A stretch of DNA of 58,902 nucleotides from Kondoa subrosea (Eukaryota). The stretch covers positions 2,415,129 to 2,474,030 of the forward strand of contig BCIN01000001.1 of assembly GCA_039545335.1 (NCBI GenBank). The letters run 5' to 3'. How positions within the stretch are numbered: position 1 is the first letter of the stretch; each line of letters starts with the position of its first letter. The position numbers were made by a program, and so were the translations under genes. Below the pieces are notes generated by a model that did not search any database, was not told the DNA's origin, and worked only from the letters and a program-made list of their open reading frames with translations. Positions 12,204 to 25,200 of this stretch are shown piece by piece.

Positions 12204-14409
12204 TCACCAAGGTGCAGCCGCTAATTGACCATAATTCCTTAGTACAACGCTTCCGTTACTTCTTTCTTCATGTTGATCAGAATGGGTCAGAACAGTTGAC
12301 GTCTCAACTAAATTTCTTTTCGAGTTAGGTGGTTTCACAAGTTGAAAAGGTTCAATAGGGATTTCCACTTGACCTCTTTTGACCAACAATTTCTTCATGC
12401 CAGTATTATTGCTACTTGCGATAGATCTTGTTACTCTGGCAGTAGTAGTGGATCCACCAACTCTGGAAACAGATACACCCGTTTCCGTTTCGAAGAATGT
12501 TGCTGGAGGTCCACAACTGCTTTCATGGCTTTGATCTCCAGTAGAATCAGTTTCAATCTTGTTTTGCGTTCTTGTACGAGCAGTGATAGTGGAAAGATTA
12601 GTTCTGGTCCAATTGGAAGAACTAGCTGGAGTGCCTCCTGTGCCGAGAGTCATTTGACTGGAACCAGCTTGTGTATCAGTGTCGAAGTCGGTCACTGTAA
12701 CAGCAGGTCGCACAGGTAAAGAAGAGGAAGTATGTAAGTGAGTGCTACGATCTTCAGTTTGAGCTTCAGTGTTTCGACCTGACCTAGATGACTTGTGGGT
12801 TCTTGATGAAGATTTCGACTTGTCTGATTTATTGGATTTGCCTGATCGATCTGATTTGCCAGACTTGTCTGATTTTTCAGACTTGTCTGATTTCCCTGAT
12901 TTGTTGGATTTGCCGGACCGGTGAGATCTCATTGAACCTTTGCCAGACTGCTTCTCTGAAATATATGACAATCGGGAACCAACGCCAAAAGCAGTTTCTG
13001 TCAAGCTTTGATGGTCGCCGAGGAAGTAGGTACTTGCTGGCATGGGAGACGAAGCAGATCGAATTCGACCTGGAACTTGTGGACTCAAAGTACTGGAATG
13101 AGTATAGGAGCGCAGTCCATTTTGCAGTGAAGGCTGGTAACTCTCTTTGCTCCTTGAATATGGAAGATCAAGTGCATCGTCCCTGTGACAATCATCAGAA
13201 ACGAATCGATCATATTCTTGAAGGCACGTACGATGACAAGGACAAAGGTCGCATCCACGATGCCTCCTTGGTTAACTTTTCCTGACTCTCGCTACCGCTT
13301 CTACTACGAAGATACTTCTTGTGCACATACTTTCGTTGCCCACATAATTCAGCAAAGAATCCATAGCTTTCAGGCAGAGTCAAAATCAGGAAGAGAAGTC
13401 CGCTAACAGGAGGGACCCATTCTGATGCTGTGATAGATGACTTGGTCGGATATTGCCAGATACGATTCTAAGAATGCAAGATCTGAGACTTAGTTAAGGT
13501 CTAAAGAGGAACAACTTACAGATGCACCAGAGATGAAAATGGTTTGCCAATCTACATATGGCGCCCTTTTACTCAGTTGAATGAAGAACATTAACGAGAT
13601 GGGCGCGTTGAAAGTACCGAAGCCAAAGACGAAAACGACCAGGCGCCAAACTATGCTTGCAGACAAGAATGGTAAATCTCGCGACGAGATGCGAGATTCT
13701 AAAGTCTTGTTAAGATATAGGCGACAGACAGTGACAATGCCGAAAACTGCAGATAACAAATTTCATCATGGAGCTGACATTCTGAAAACTACGAACCTCC
13801 TGTTACAAAAGCAGCGACTGCAAAAGCCTGTTGCCATACGAATAATAGCATATAGGCCGGGAGTGACAGAAGTATAGAGCTTTCGCAGCCTGATTGATTG
13901 GCTATGGAATATTTAGAAGGGGCATAACTGCCTTGTGCAGCCACCGCGACGACGGGCATGATGAGACAAAGCCCAAGACTCATTCCTTCGGCCAAAGGCG
14001 TCGAAACAGATACAGGCGAATCCGGTCTTCTGCCCATTATTTTCAGGAGAAGTCTACCGGTGCACAAGACTGCGAGCGGTATCCCTATTGTGCCTCCGAG
14101 TTGTAACCCTGCACACATATATCAGCGAGAACATGCTGCTGAACTAGCCACGCACTCGATATAAGAAGACAACCTCCGCTGAACTTTGCTGTTGCGCCAT
14201 TGCCCCAGATAACAGCATTAAGCTACTTTCTCATTAGTGACAGTCTTTATCAGTGGATCGGGACGTACTCCGACCGCACCATTCGTCAGAAAGAGCCAAA
14301 AAGCTAAGCAAGATGGTCCAGCTAATCTCCGTTTCCCAAACCAGATTAGTGCAGGGAGATTCAGCACCGCAGCTAGTACGGCGACGACAATAAACACAAT
14401 GGTCGCCAT
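12204..14409 (-). CDS. STE3: Divergent STE3-like pheromone-receptor GPCR with long Ser/Thr/Lys-rich tail
   Basis: Seven hydrophobic segments after splicing. STE3-like landmarks: NLPALIW, WLFLTN, VIWGN, IGIPLAVLC, KYSIANQSGC, PYVDWQTI...RIWQYP, WVPPVSGLLFL. An intron near 13183-13233 joins the 7TM region to ORF 12204-13088. Confidence 0.7.
12811..12917 (-). repeat. Degenerate 9-nt coding tandem repeat encoding (S-x-K)n
   Basis: Translates SGKSNKSGKSDKSEKSDKSGKSDRSGKSNKSDKS; DNA units like TCAGACAAG/TCTGGCAAA. Confidence 0.85.
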
Positions 14410-14610
14410 CTTATGGCTGTGACGAAGTATCCACCTTTAGAGATTGACAAGTGAGGGTTCAGAAGATGAAAGAACTCCGCTACGCGAAGTAAACTTCGAC
14501 TAGGCAATCCCTTTCTTGTTTGCGTAATGTGAACACCGTGGCTGAATAGTTTGAGCAAGACTGAGCGTTCTCATGTACAATAGAGCTACCTTCTTCGTCA
14601 GGCAGCGAGC

Positions 14611-15120
14611 ATGGATTATGACGATCTGAATAACTTGGAGGAAAGGTTCGTCATCGTATACAGGGCTCAGAAGCAGGCACTGAAAGTCACAGCAGTTTCC
14701 ACAAGAATGGCTTTGAACAAGGATTCGAACATGGAAAACTTCATGGCATCTTTGAGGGCAAAGCTTTAGGACGGGAGAAAGCTTTTGAGCTATGGGAGGA
14801 GCTCGGATTCTATGAAGGACAAGCAGAGATCTGGCAAGATGCATTGACAAAGCAGATGGACGAAAAGCATAAAAAGTGCGTGAATCGCATTTAGGCTGCA
14901 AATGTCAAGAAGAGCTGAAGATTCGCACAGAGGCCTGCAGCATATCGACACATTGAAAGAACTCATAGGTCAATTCCCTCTCATCAACAATTCTTCTGCT
15001 CCAGAAGATGATCAAACCGACATCAACGCTCTACTTACGGCTATTCGCTCGCGATATAAGCTCATGTGTGCAGCAACAGGCACACGACCTCGACTAGCAG
15101 TAACAAGCAGTACTTTATAA
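14611..15120 (+). CDS. LTO1: LTO1/ORAOV1 family Fe-S targeting adaptor (Yae1_N deca-GX3 domain)
   Basis: Spliced MDYDDLNNLEE|RFHKNGFEQGFEHGKLHGIFEGKALGREKAFELWEELGFYEG (GX3 repeats) and C-terminal IRSRYKLMCAATG. Confidence 0.85.
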
Positions 15121-15156
15121 GAATACATTGTTTCTTCAGTGTTATGCGGTCTAAGT

Positions 15157-17075
<1,919 letters not shown>

Positions 17076-17151
17076 GACGCTTATGAGAAGACCTGTTATT
17101 TTTACAATGCGATTGATGCAAGTACAAGCTACTGCGCGACTAACTTCTATA

Positions 17152-19550
17152 CTATCCCATCTCCTTACACAGATCCGCTGTAAGACTAGCAGCCATATCG
17201 TCTCTACAAGATGAGGACCATTCAGCATAGCTTGATACAATTAGACCAATCGCTCACAGAGAATCGTCAGATCCTTCTCCAGGTGTTCCTGCTTCAGAAG
17301 CTGGAAGACTGCTGGTGGGATCAGCCGCAAACGATATATTGAGATTGCTCTTGCGCGCTTTAGCTAAGCGCTGACGCTTGAGTAGAGGTGATGCTGGTCT
17401 GCTGTTACCGCCTTCACTATCTGATCCAGGAGTCGCGCTTCTACTACGCTTCAGTGTAGGTGTACCCGCTGCTGAGCTGTCGTCATCTGCTCCTATACTT
17501 CAGAACAGGTCAATTGCCATCATCAAGCAGACGAACCAGATTGCTCAAGAAAGGCTTCCAGTTCCGCATCAGCCGTCCCCCAATCAATATCCGCGTCTTC
17601 AATATCCACAGCTACTTCCACTTCGCTATCGACGGATAAACTGTCCTCATCCACGAGTTCGTCCGAAACGATGGCAGAGACTTGCGGTCCAGAGATGAGG
17701 TATTTGGATTCATCCAGACGTTTCCAAAGTGCCATAGAGTCCACAAGCCAGGCAGTCCAGACGATAGTCACTTCGGGTCTCTCTTTCGCTGCATTGACTT
17801 TAGCTGTGCCTTCCTGTCAAGAGAAATTAGAAACAGAGAGAAGTGTACAAGTGAAAAGCATGCCTTGCCAGTCACAAGATGTGTGATATGTTTGTTCAAT
17901 TGAAGCCAACATATAGCACCAAAAGATTCCGCCAAACGCCAAATTTCGGATCTGAAGAAAGATTAGTATGTGGCTGTCGATGTCTTGTCTAAGAAATTGC
18001 TGACTTTGCTTGGTCTACACCTAGAGGAATGACGCTGGAAAACAGAATGTTGACGTTCTTCAGAACAGCGAGCTTGATGGTCGATATTATGCTCTAGAAT
18101 GGCAGTCAGCGATAGGAAACAGATGATCAATAGCGAATATACCTTCACATCAGCTGACCGACCTCTGTCGACCTTCAAATAGAATTGCTTATGGACTTCG
18201 CTGAGCAACTGAAACCATATATTAGCCTGAGCCAGACCTGACATAAGGTGCACTAACATCGAGTAATCGATTTAGTTCCACGTCGTCATCCTTGAGAACA
18301 GCTTCTTCAGCATCATCACCCAATGCATCTTCTTCCTCGGTTGTTCCATTAGCATGTACTTCTTCAGCGTGTTTGTGATGTTCGGCAGTGACGATTGCCT
18401 GGCGCTTCGATAAAGGTCGATCAGCTATTTGAGAGACTAGAGTAGCACTGGTCGCTTGAGTCGCTTCCTCTTCTGAAGGTAAAGCTGTTTCTGACACCGA
18501 CCCGTTCGATGTCTTTGCTTTCGAAGACGCAGCGGAAGCTGTGTCTACGGCAGCAGTTGAACTTTCCGGTGGAGCGTTGACGATGCTAGCTTGTTTGGGT
18601 AAGAAAGCAGAATTAATGTCGCCTATGCCAACAAAGAATTCATCTTGAAACAGCTTGTTTTCAGTTGATGTGGCTACAAGAGTGGGTCCAGGACTGACAT
18701 GGTACGACTTTGAGCAAATTTGGAGACCAATCCCATACATCGCCTCGATCGTCAATCACCACAACCATACTCGTTTCACAGGGGAAGAGCCTTTCGAGAG
18801 ACTTTTGAGTCATACCTAACATTAAACCGTCGCTCAGGCTTTTGGATAGAATTGAGCACGACAAGAGACGCACTTCCACTTTCGTCCCGCGTCAAGATGC
18901 GACTACCAAAGAACTTTGTTTCTGGGTCAATGATCTTGCAAACCTCTTCCGCATAACTTCTTGTGCCCATTGTATAGACGTGCATCTCATACTTTTCCGA
19001 AACAGCTTGTAGAAAGTCTTGCAAGCCAGGCCTTTGCTTGACATAGTACCAACAACCCTCTTCATCCTCATCCTCTTCTTCGGCAGCTGGATCATCTTGA
19101 TTAGCAGCTTTCTGTTTCCCCTTCTTGTTTGCCAGAGAAGTAGGTTTGACGGGAGATCCATCCAGAGCAAGCTGAAACTTGCCTACATGTTGCAAAGCTT
19201 CATAGTTCGGATTAGTAGGATCTTGTAGCCATTCAGCAACCGTAGGGTCCACTGTTGCATGCACTACTGTCTGATCCAGATCCACAATGAGAGATAACTT
19301 CCGACTGCCTAACAAGGCTTTGGTGTTCTCTTCGTGTAAACGCTCAGCTTCACCTCGAGTGACTGTTAAAGCTGAATGATGATGTGAGAGTTGGATATTA
19401 GCTTGAGATGTGTCATTGCTGGCTGGAGCGTCTCTGCATTGAAATTACATGAGATTCGAGTTGAGTAGCCAGATACAGTACAAACCTGGTTATATCGCGT
19501 CCACAAGCAGCGCAGAGGCCCCCGAAGACGATAGGATGAGTGCACTCCAT
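17152..19550 (-). CDS. FCP1: RNA polymerase II CTD phosphatase (FCPH + BRCT)
   Basis: ECTHPIVFGGLCAACG; catalytic DLDQT; YYVKQRPG; VYTMGTRSYA; VVIDDRGDVW; BRCT THLVTGK|EGTAKV and VWTAWLVDS. The 5' start and last exon are uncertain. Confidence 0.93.
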
Positions 19551-20392
19551 GCTGTTTCGTTGTATTTTTTGAAAAAGCTTGCTTGTCTCACAGCAGCGAT
19601 ATTGGAGAAACTTGGCTGTCCTTTCAATAGACATAAGCTGCACAACATCAGCGCAGCTTTGCGAATGTCTTATGACTGTTCCGTCTCTCAGTGTGCATTC
19701 ATACAGATTTCATGCAATCTCATCACAAAGTCGCTCCATATATTGCAAGAATCTGCCTCATGCAGCAGAGCATGCTCTATAAAAGAGTCTTTTCGTGCTT
19801 AATCTTCTCTATTCTCTCAACCTGCAATGTTGTGACCTATCATCACCTTCTGGGCTTTGACGCTTCCTCTCAACGCTACGAGTTTCTGCTTCGCATTCAG
19901 GATCTCGTCATCCACGTCTCACCATTTCATGCTTTGTGCCGCAATCTCTTGCGCTTGCAACCTTCCCTGTTCATAAACGGGAAGGTAGACATTGATGACA
20001 TGATCTGGTGGAGCATGCCAAAAAAGGTTACCGTGCTTGCTTCCGCTCTTGCGGATACGACATAGCAATTCGCGCTGTTTAGTTCGCTTGGCGGCGCCTG
20101 CATACATAAGACAGCAGAAAAAGAGCAGGCTTGGATTACCGATAACATGTATTGGAACCCTCAAAAAGTAGCGCTGACACGCGAGAATCAGAAGGCACTG
20201 ACAGATGACAGTGATCCTACCATGGACTGCCTCTGCGTTTGCATCCATCAGTGCCCACGACAGACTCCGATACGCGTATATAGACCAACTGTATTTTGCT
20301 TACTAAGCACTCCCGCTCCAAAACAAAAACACAAGTTTGACGACGCGGGTTGCATAAAACAGCGACTGCAGATCCTCGATAAACGACTCTCA

Positions 20393-20408
20393 ACACACAC
20401 ACACACAC
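20393..20408. repeat. (AC)8 microsatellite
   Basis: acacacacacacacac in intergenic DNA. Confidence 0.9.
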
Positions 20409-20532
20409 TGCGCATTCCTGCGTGCCACACTCCTTTGAACGAAACGCAAACACTTGGGCCTCCGAGAAAAGCTTCTTGGTCTTCCCACTAGTCAAGACCA
20501 ACAGTGCTCTCAACAACACACACAGCGCAATC

Positions 20533-22198
20533 ATGCGCATCACATTCCTTTTAATAGCTCTTTTCTCTTTTACTTCAACTCAGGCAGCCCAACCTGTCGA
20601 ACCACCCGATGGCTCTGCTTACCTTGGCGTTTGGCTCGACACTGAGGCTACAACAGAAAGTTCGATACCAGGAGATATAACCATTGGCGATACTCGTGCG
20701 TTTCATCAATACAGCGCGATAGGGCAAGTATTGATTCTCGAATAGCGGCTGCTTTCAATGCGCGAATGGGAATGAACGCAGCGAGCTTTCAATTGGCGCA
20801 GAATATACCTCTTGATCCATACAATTGGGTTACTGGAGCAGGTGGACCTATCAACGAAACTATGATAGAAGAAACTCGTCAGCTATATTGCTTTAAAGCT
20901 GAATATCATCTCTGATAACAGTACAGAGACCGACACTTCAATCTTCCTCACAGTCTACCCTTATACGGGTCTGGACAGAGTATCAAACGCCGATATCAGG
21001 GATTTGGCAAATCAAGTTCTGGCCTATCAGACGATCTACAACAGATCTGTGTTCCTTCGTTATGCCCCAGAGATGAACGGACAATGGATGAGGTCAGTTT
21101 GAGCTTCTCCTCGTCCCGACCACCAACTGATGCTTCGAGAAGTTATGGTTGCAAACCGTCTGAATTCAAGGCACAGTGGATGACTCTTTGGTCAACTTTC
21201 CAAGAGATTGCTCCTGATACTGCTCTAGTCTGGTTCGTGTGAAAATCTTCTTTTCTAGAGCCCAAGCTGACTTCTTATGTAGGGCACCGAGTGAGTAGAT
21301 AGTCTGAATTTCTTATCATGAACCTGAGCAAGCTGTAGATTTTGGTTCTGGCTATCCATTCTCCATCAACTGGGCTTCTGTTTCGCCTCAAGACCAAGCA
21401 CTTTTGGACACAAACGGAAACGGAATCCTAGATGCAGGGGACGACCCATACCTACCTTATTATCCTGGCGATGAGTATGTACACTGGAATGGCATCAGTC
21501 TGTACTGGAAAGGGACACAATATCGTGAGTGAAGGAGTTGTAATTGGTATACATGTCTCTGATTCGGTTGTAGCATACATCATGAATGAACAGCTACCGA
21601 GCAGCTACATCTCTGATAACATGTACTACATGAACTTTTATAGCACATACTGGTGAGGCTTTTCCATATACTCTTTGTTTCGATTCTGAAAGATTGTGGA
21701 ACAGTACGCAAGCAAACAAACCGTGCTTGCTCGGAGAGTCTGGAAGTGCCTTCCATACGAATGATGGAGGTCTTGATCAGCAAACAATGCAGCTCGATTG
21801 GCATGCGCAGTTCCTCACAAATGCTTCCTTTTATCAAGCCTTCCCGAAAATGAAGATGATCAATCTCTTTGAACATGCCAAGATTGAAGATTTGAACGGT
21901 ATGGGACCCGTTTCACCGACAAATGCATGCGAATTTGACGCGTTTTCTCGTAGATATGCGCGATTTCCGTATTAGCTTTAATGATACAGTGAGAAGTCAA
22001 TGGATTGCAGCAGCTCAACCGCTTGTCGATAGCCAGACACTTCTATTGGCCTCAACACAAGCGCGTGCCAATGACGATGGCTCTAATGCAAGCACGAGTC
22101 CAAGTTCGGATGCAAGAGCAAGCAAAGTATCGTCAGGCTGGAAACTGACTGGACAAATGGGATGGTTCTTGTTGGGGCTTATGATATGTGTGGTGTAA
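20533..22198 (+). CDS. Secreted, probably GPI/TM-anchored glycoside hydrolase family 26-like protein
   Basis: Signal peptide MRITFLLIALFSFTSTQA; FLRYAPEMNGQW (acid/base Glu); W|AP|NFG on an 8-nt exon (21283-21290); EF-hand-like DTNGNGILD; YYPGDEYVHWNG; KPCLLGESG (nucleophile); Ser-rich linker and hydrophobic C-terminus. Confidence 0.8.
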
Positions 22199-22263
22199 GG
22201 AACGGACAATGGACATGGTGTAACATGAATGGCATTGTACTTGTTGTCTCGTCACTACCAAGC

Positions 22264-25200
22264 ATGAGCGCTGCGATGCCATTGGCTGGACCATCTCGAC
22301 TCAAGAATGAGCGCTATTCAACGGACCAAAGTCCCTTTGTGTCAGTCGTCGAGCGCGGGACAGAAAGAAAAGCGCTTTATTGATAATTATCGCGAATGCA
22401 GACCTCTGGATGTAGTGCTCGAAAGTCTTCGTAATCTAGCAGAGACTTCTGCGTCAATACCAGAATGGCTTCGCAATGCCATCTCTCAGCGCAAGCACCT
22501 GCTTACAACTGAAAACTTTCCACAGCCATCAGAGGCAAGCAAGACCAAGCTCAATGCTACTGGCGGTGTTGCATTAGCCGGAGGTTATAAGACTGGAGCA
22601 ATTGATGAAGCTGAGAAGACGTTGGTGCTAGAGATCTCGTCACGTCTGGAAGTTGATCAAGTTGAGGCCTTGGTGTTACTCAAGAGTCTGCTGCTGGCAC
22701 GCAAGGGACCTGCTTTGTGGAAGTTCAGTGATCAAGAGGAGTATGAGCAGGATGAGGATTGGTGGGAAGATATGCAGATCTTTTACTTTCAAGAGAGATT
22801 GGCGATCTTGGATATACTCAACTTCTTCTTGAGGCTTTGTGTGTGCTCATCTTTCATCCGTGGTATATCGCTTATACGGTGCTTAGCCGAAAGCAGCGAG
22901 GCCGAAAAATCACCAATCAGCGATTATGCTGAAACTATCCTATCAACGATTGTGCCCAACTGCGCTCCTCGAAAGATCATGAATCACTTCGCAGCGCTCT
23001 CGGTCAAAGATCTACCAACTTCCGTGCGATTCTCTTCTCGCCAATCTATTTTCTGGGCAAAGCAATACATACGAGAGCAGAAAGAACTGCTCGACTTACT
23101 CTTCTTTTCCTGGTATCTTCAACCGCCAAGCGGAGCAGACTTCAAAGCTTTGCTTGATTGCATCAATTCCGTCGAATGGGGAACTAAGCAAGGCTGCGCC
23201 TCTTATTGGGATGAAGAAGCGCAAGGTCTCGGTCGTGAAGTGTCATGCATTTTGGTAGCAATTTCTATCGAAGCCTTGTCTATAGAGAGGATAGCGACAC
23301 AAGAAGACTTCGGCATTCCATTGGCCAGTCAGAAACTGCCACCAGCGGATTCGCTATTATCTGCAGAAGTGCTAGAAACAGTACACGAATCGCTCATGAA
23401 TTTGGCTAAAGCCTTCCCTGCTCCTACATCTCCTCTGTTACTGGCCTGGTCTTTCCTCCTCTCTCGAATCACAGACTCCGTCTCTAATGGTGAAATTGCT
23501 AGAGAATACAACAACTTCGTCGCCGTCTTGATGCCGACGGCGACCAATCCGCAGCCGCTCTGGCAAAGAATACTTGGTACCTCATTGGCGAATTGCTTTT
23601 CCTGCTTGGTGTCCTGCCTACCAACCCTGACAGCAACATCGTCAAATATGCTGGGCTTGCTATCTGTTTACCGATCTCTTGTCGCTCTGTTGCCCTCTAT
23701 GGTCTCCTTGGCTTTCCTACAGCAGAATCACTTAGACTTGGTGACGCAATGTGCAATCAAAATGTACGGACATGTCGAAGCAGGACCTCTGCGCCGACAA
23801 TTCTGGGGTTTAGATCAAGAAGAAGAGAATATGCTCGTAGACTCTGAACGACAACTCCTCGATTTTCATGCAAGAAGGTTTCCATTTCAGGCTACTCCCA
23901 TGTTGCAATTGCTCCGTGCATTGTCTGACCCTATAAGTGAAGCCGATTCTGATAGCGGTTCGCAATGTTCTGAAGCAGCAGCTTCTTATCTACGATCTTT
24001 ACCATACCTCTGCACTCTGGTACCTCCTTCGACATCTATGCAACGCGCTTATGAGGTATCAGCACACAACAGTACAAACCTACAAATAGTTAAATCTGGG
24101 AAAGGCATGAGGATCAGCAAGTCTGTATGGGTGCCGCAATATACGCAAGGAAGAGTTGTCTCAACCGGAGGTATGGACAACTTGGTCATACAATTGGATT
24201 TCACAGATAGTGGATGGAATGGTAAGCTTTAACCGTTTCATAGTTCATAGGTATTTGGCTAATGATGGCCAAGGCTGGGACTGGATTGAGGATCTTCTCG
24301 AGAATTATGCTGGTCAAAAGCTTGGCGCATCATCAATGAACAGTCGAAGATCCCCGGCTCCACAAGATCCCTTCTTGGAAACGGTAGACACTTCGATACC
24401 TTCAATACCCTTTGAAACACAAGCGGAAGAAGAGCAAGCAGTAGCAGATGCCTTAGATCTGCTCAGCAGAGATTCAGGCAATCGCTCTTTCGAAGATGGG
24501 ATATCGATTGAACGTAGAGCTCATACATTGTTCGCTGTTCTCGCCAAAGCTTTGACATCATCTGGAGCTCGGCCACGCCTCATCACGTCGGCTTCTTTAT
24601 CTACTCTTATGGCTATGTTGCCGGCTTATCCAGGGCTCGTATGGAGTCTTTTCCGCTTACATGCGTCCAACCTCTTCTTAACCCAAAGATCATTCAAGTC
24701 CAGTACTGTTTCTGGTGGCTCAGCACTCCTTCGATCCGACAAGAGCGCTGGCAGCTATGAATCGACCCTTGCACTACTGCGACTGATTCAAGCTCTGTTC
24801 CTGGAAGCTCAAAGATCAGCATCAGCGGACTCAGAAGAACATAGATCCCTGAAATCAGAAGTCCTTTGCCAAAGCCTGAAATGGGTCAACGACGAAATTT
24901 GGTCTGCTGGGTGGCAAAGCTGGAAATATACGGACAATTGCCAACGATGGGATCTTGCAACTCAGCTATGTCAACTCTTCACATCTATCGTTTACGATGC
25001 TGGTCTGCTCAAAGGGGGAGACTTGAAGGAAGCAACAGAACCTGTTGTTGCCATTCTACTGCAAGAGGCTAGCGCTCTTGCAGCGAGTGCCCTGACCAAT
25101 CCCATCGTCACTCTGCTTCCACAAAGTTGCGAAAATGTGGTCGCTGCGCAACGTTCTGGGCAATATCTCGAAGTCAGCGCGGCTGAAGGTTGTGCGCAAG

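Noticed and set aside
19817..19921. Selenocysteine or recoded TGA at 19919
   Set aside because: No redox motif or SECIS was seen, Dikarya lack Sec machinery, and the TGA overlaps a GTGAGA splice donor.
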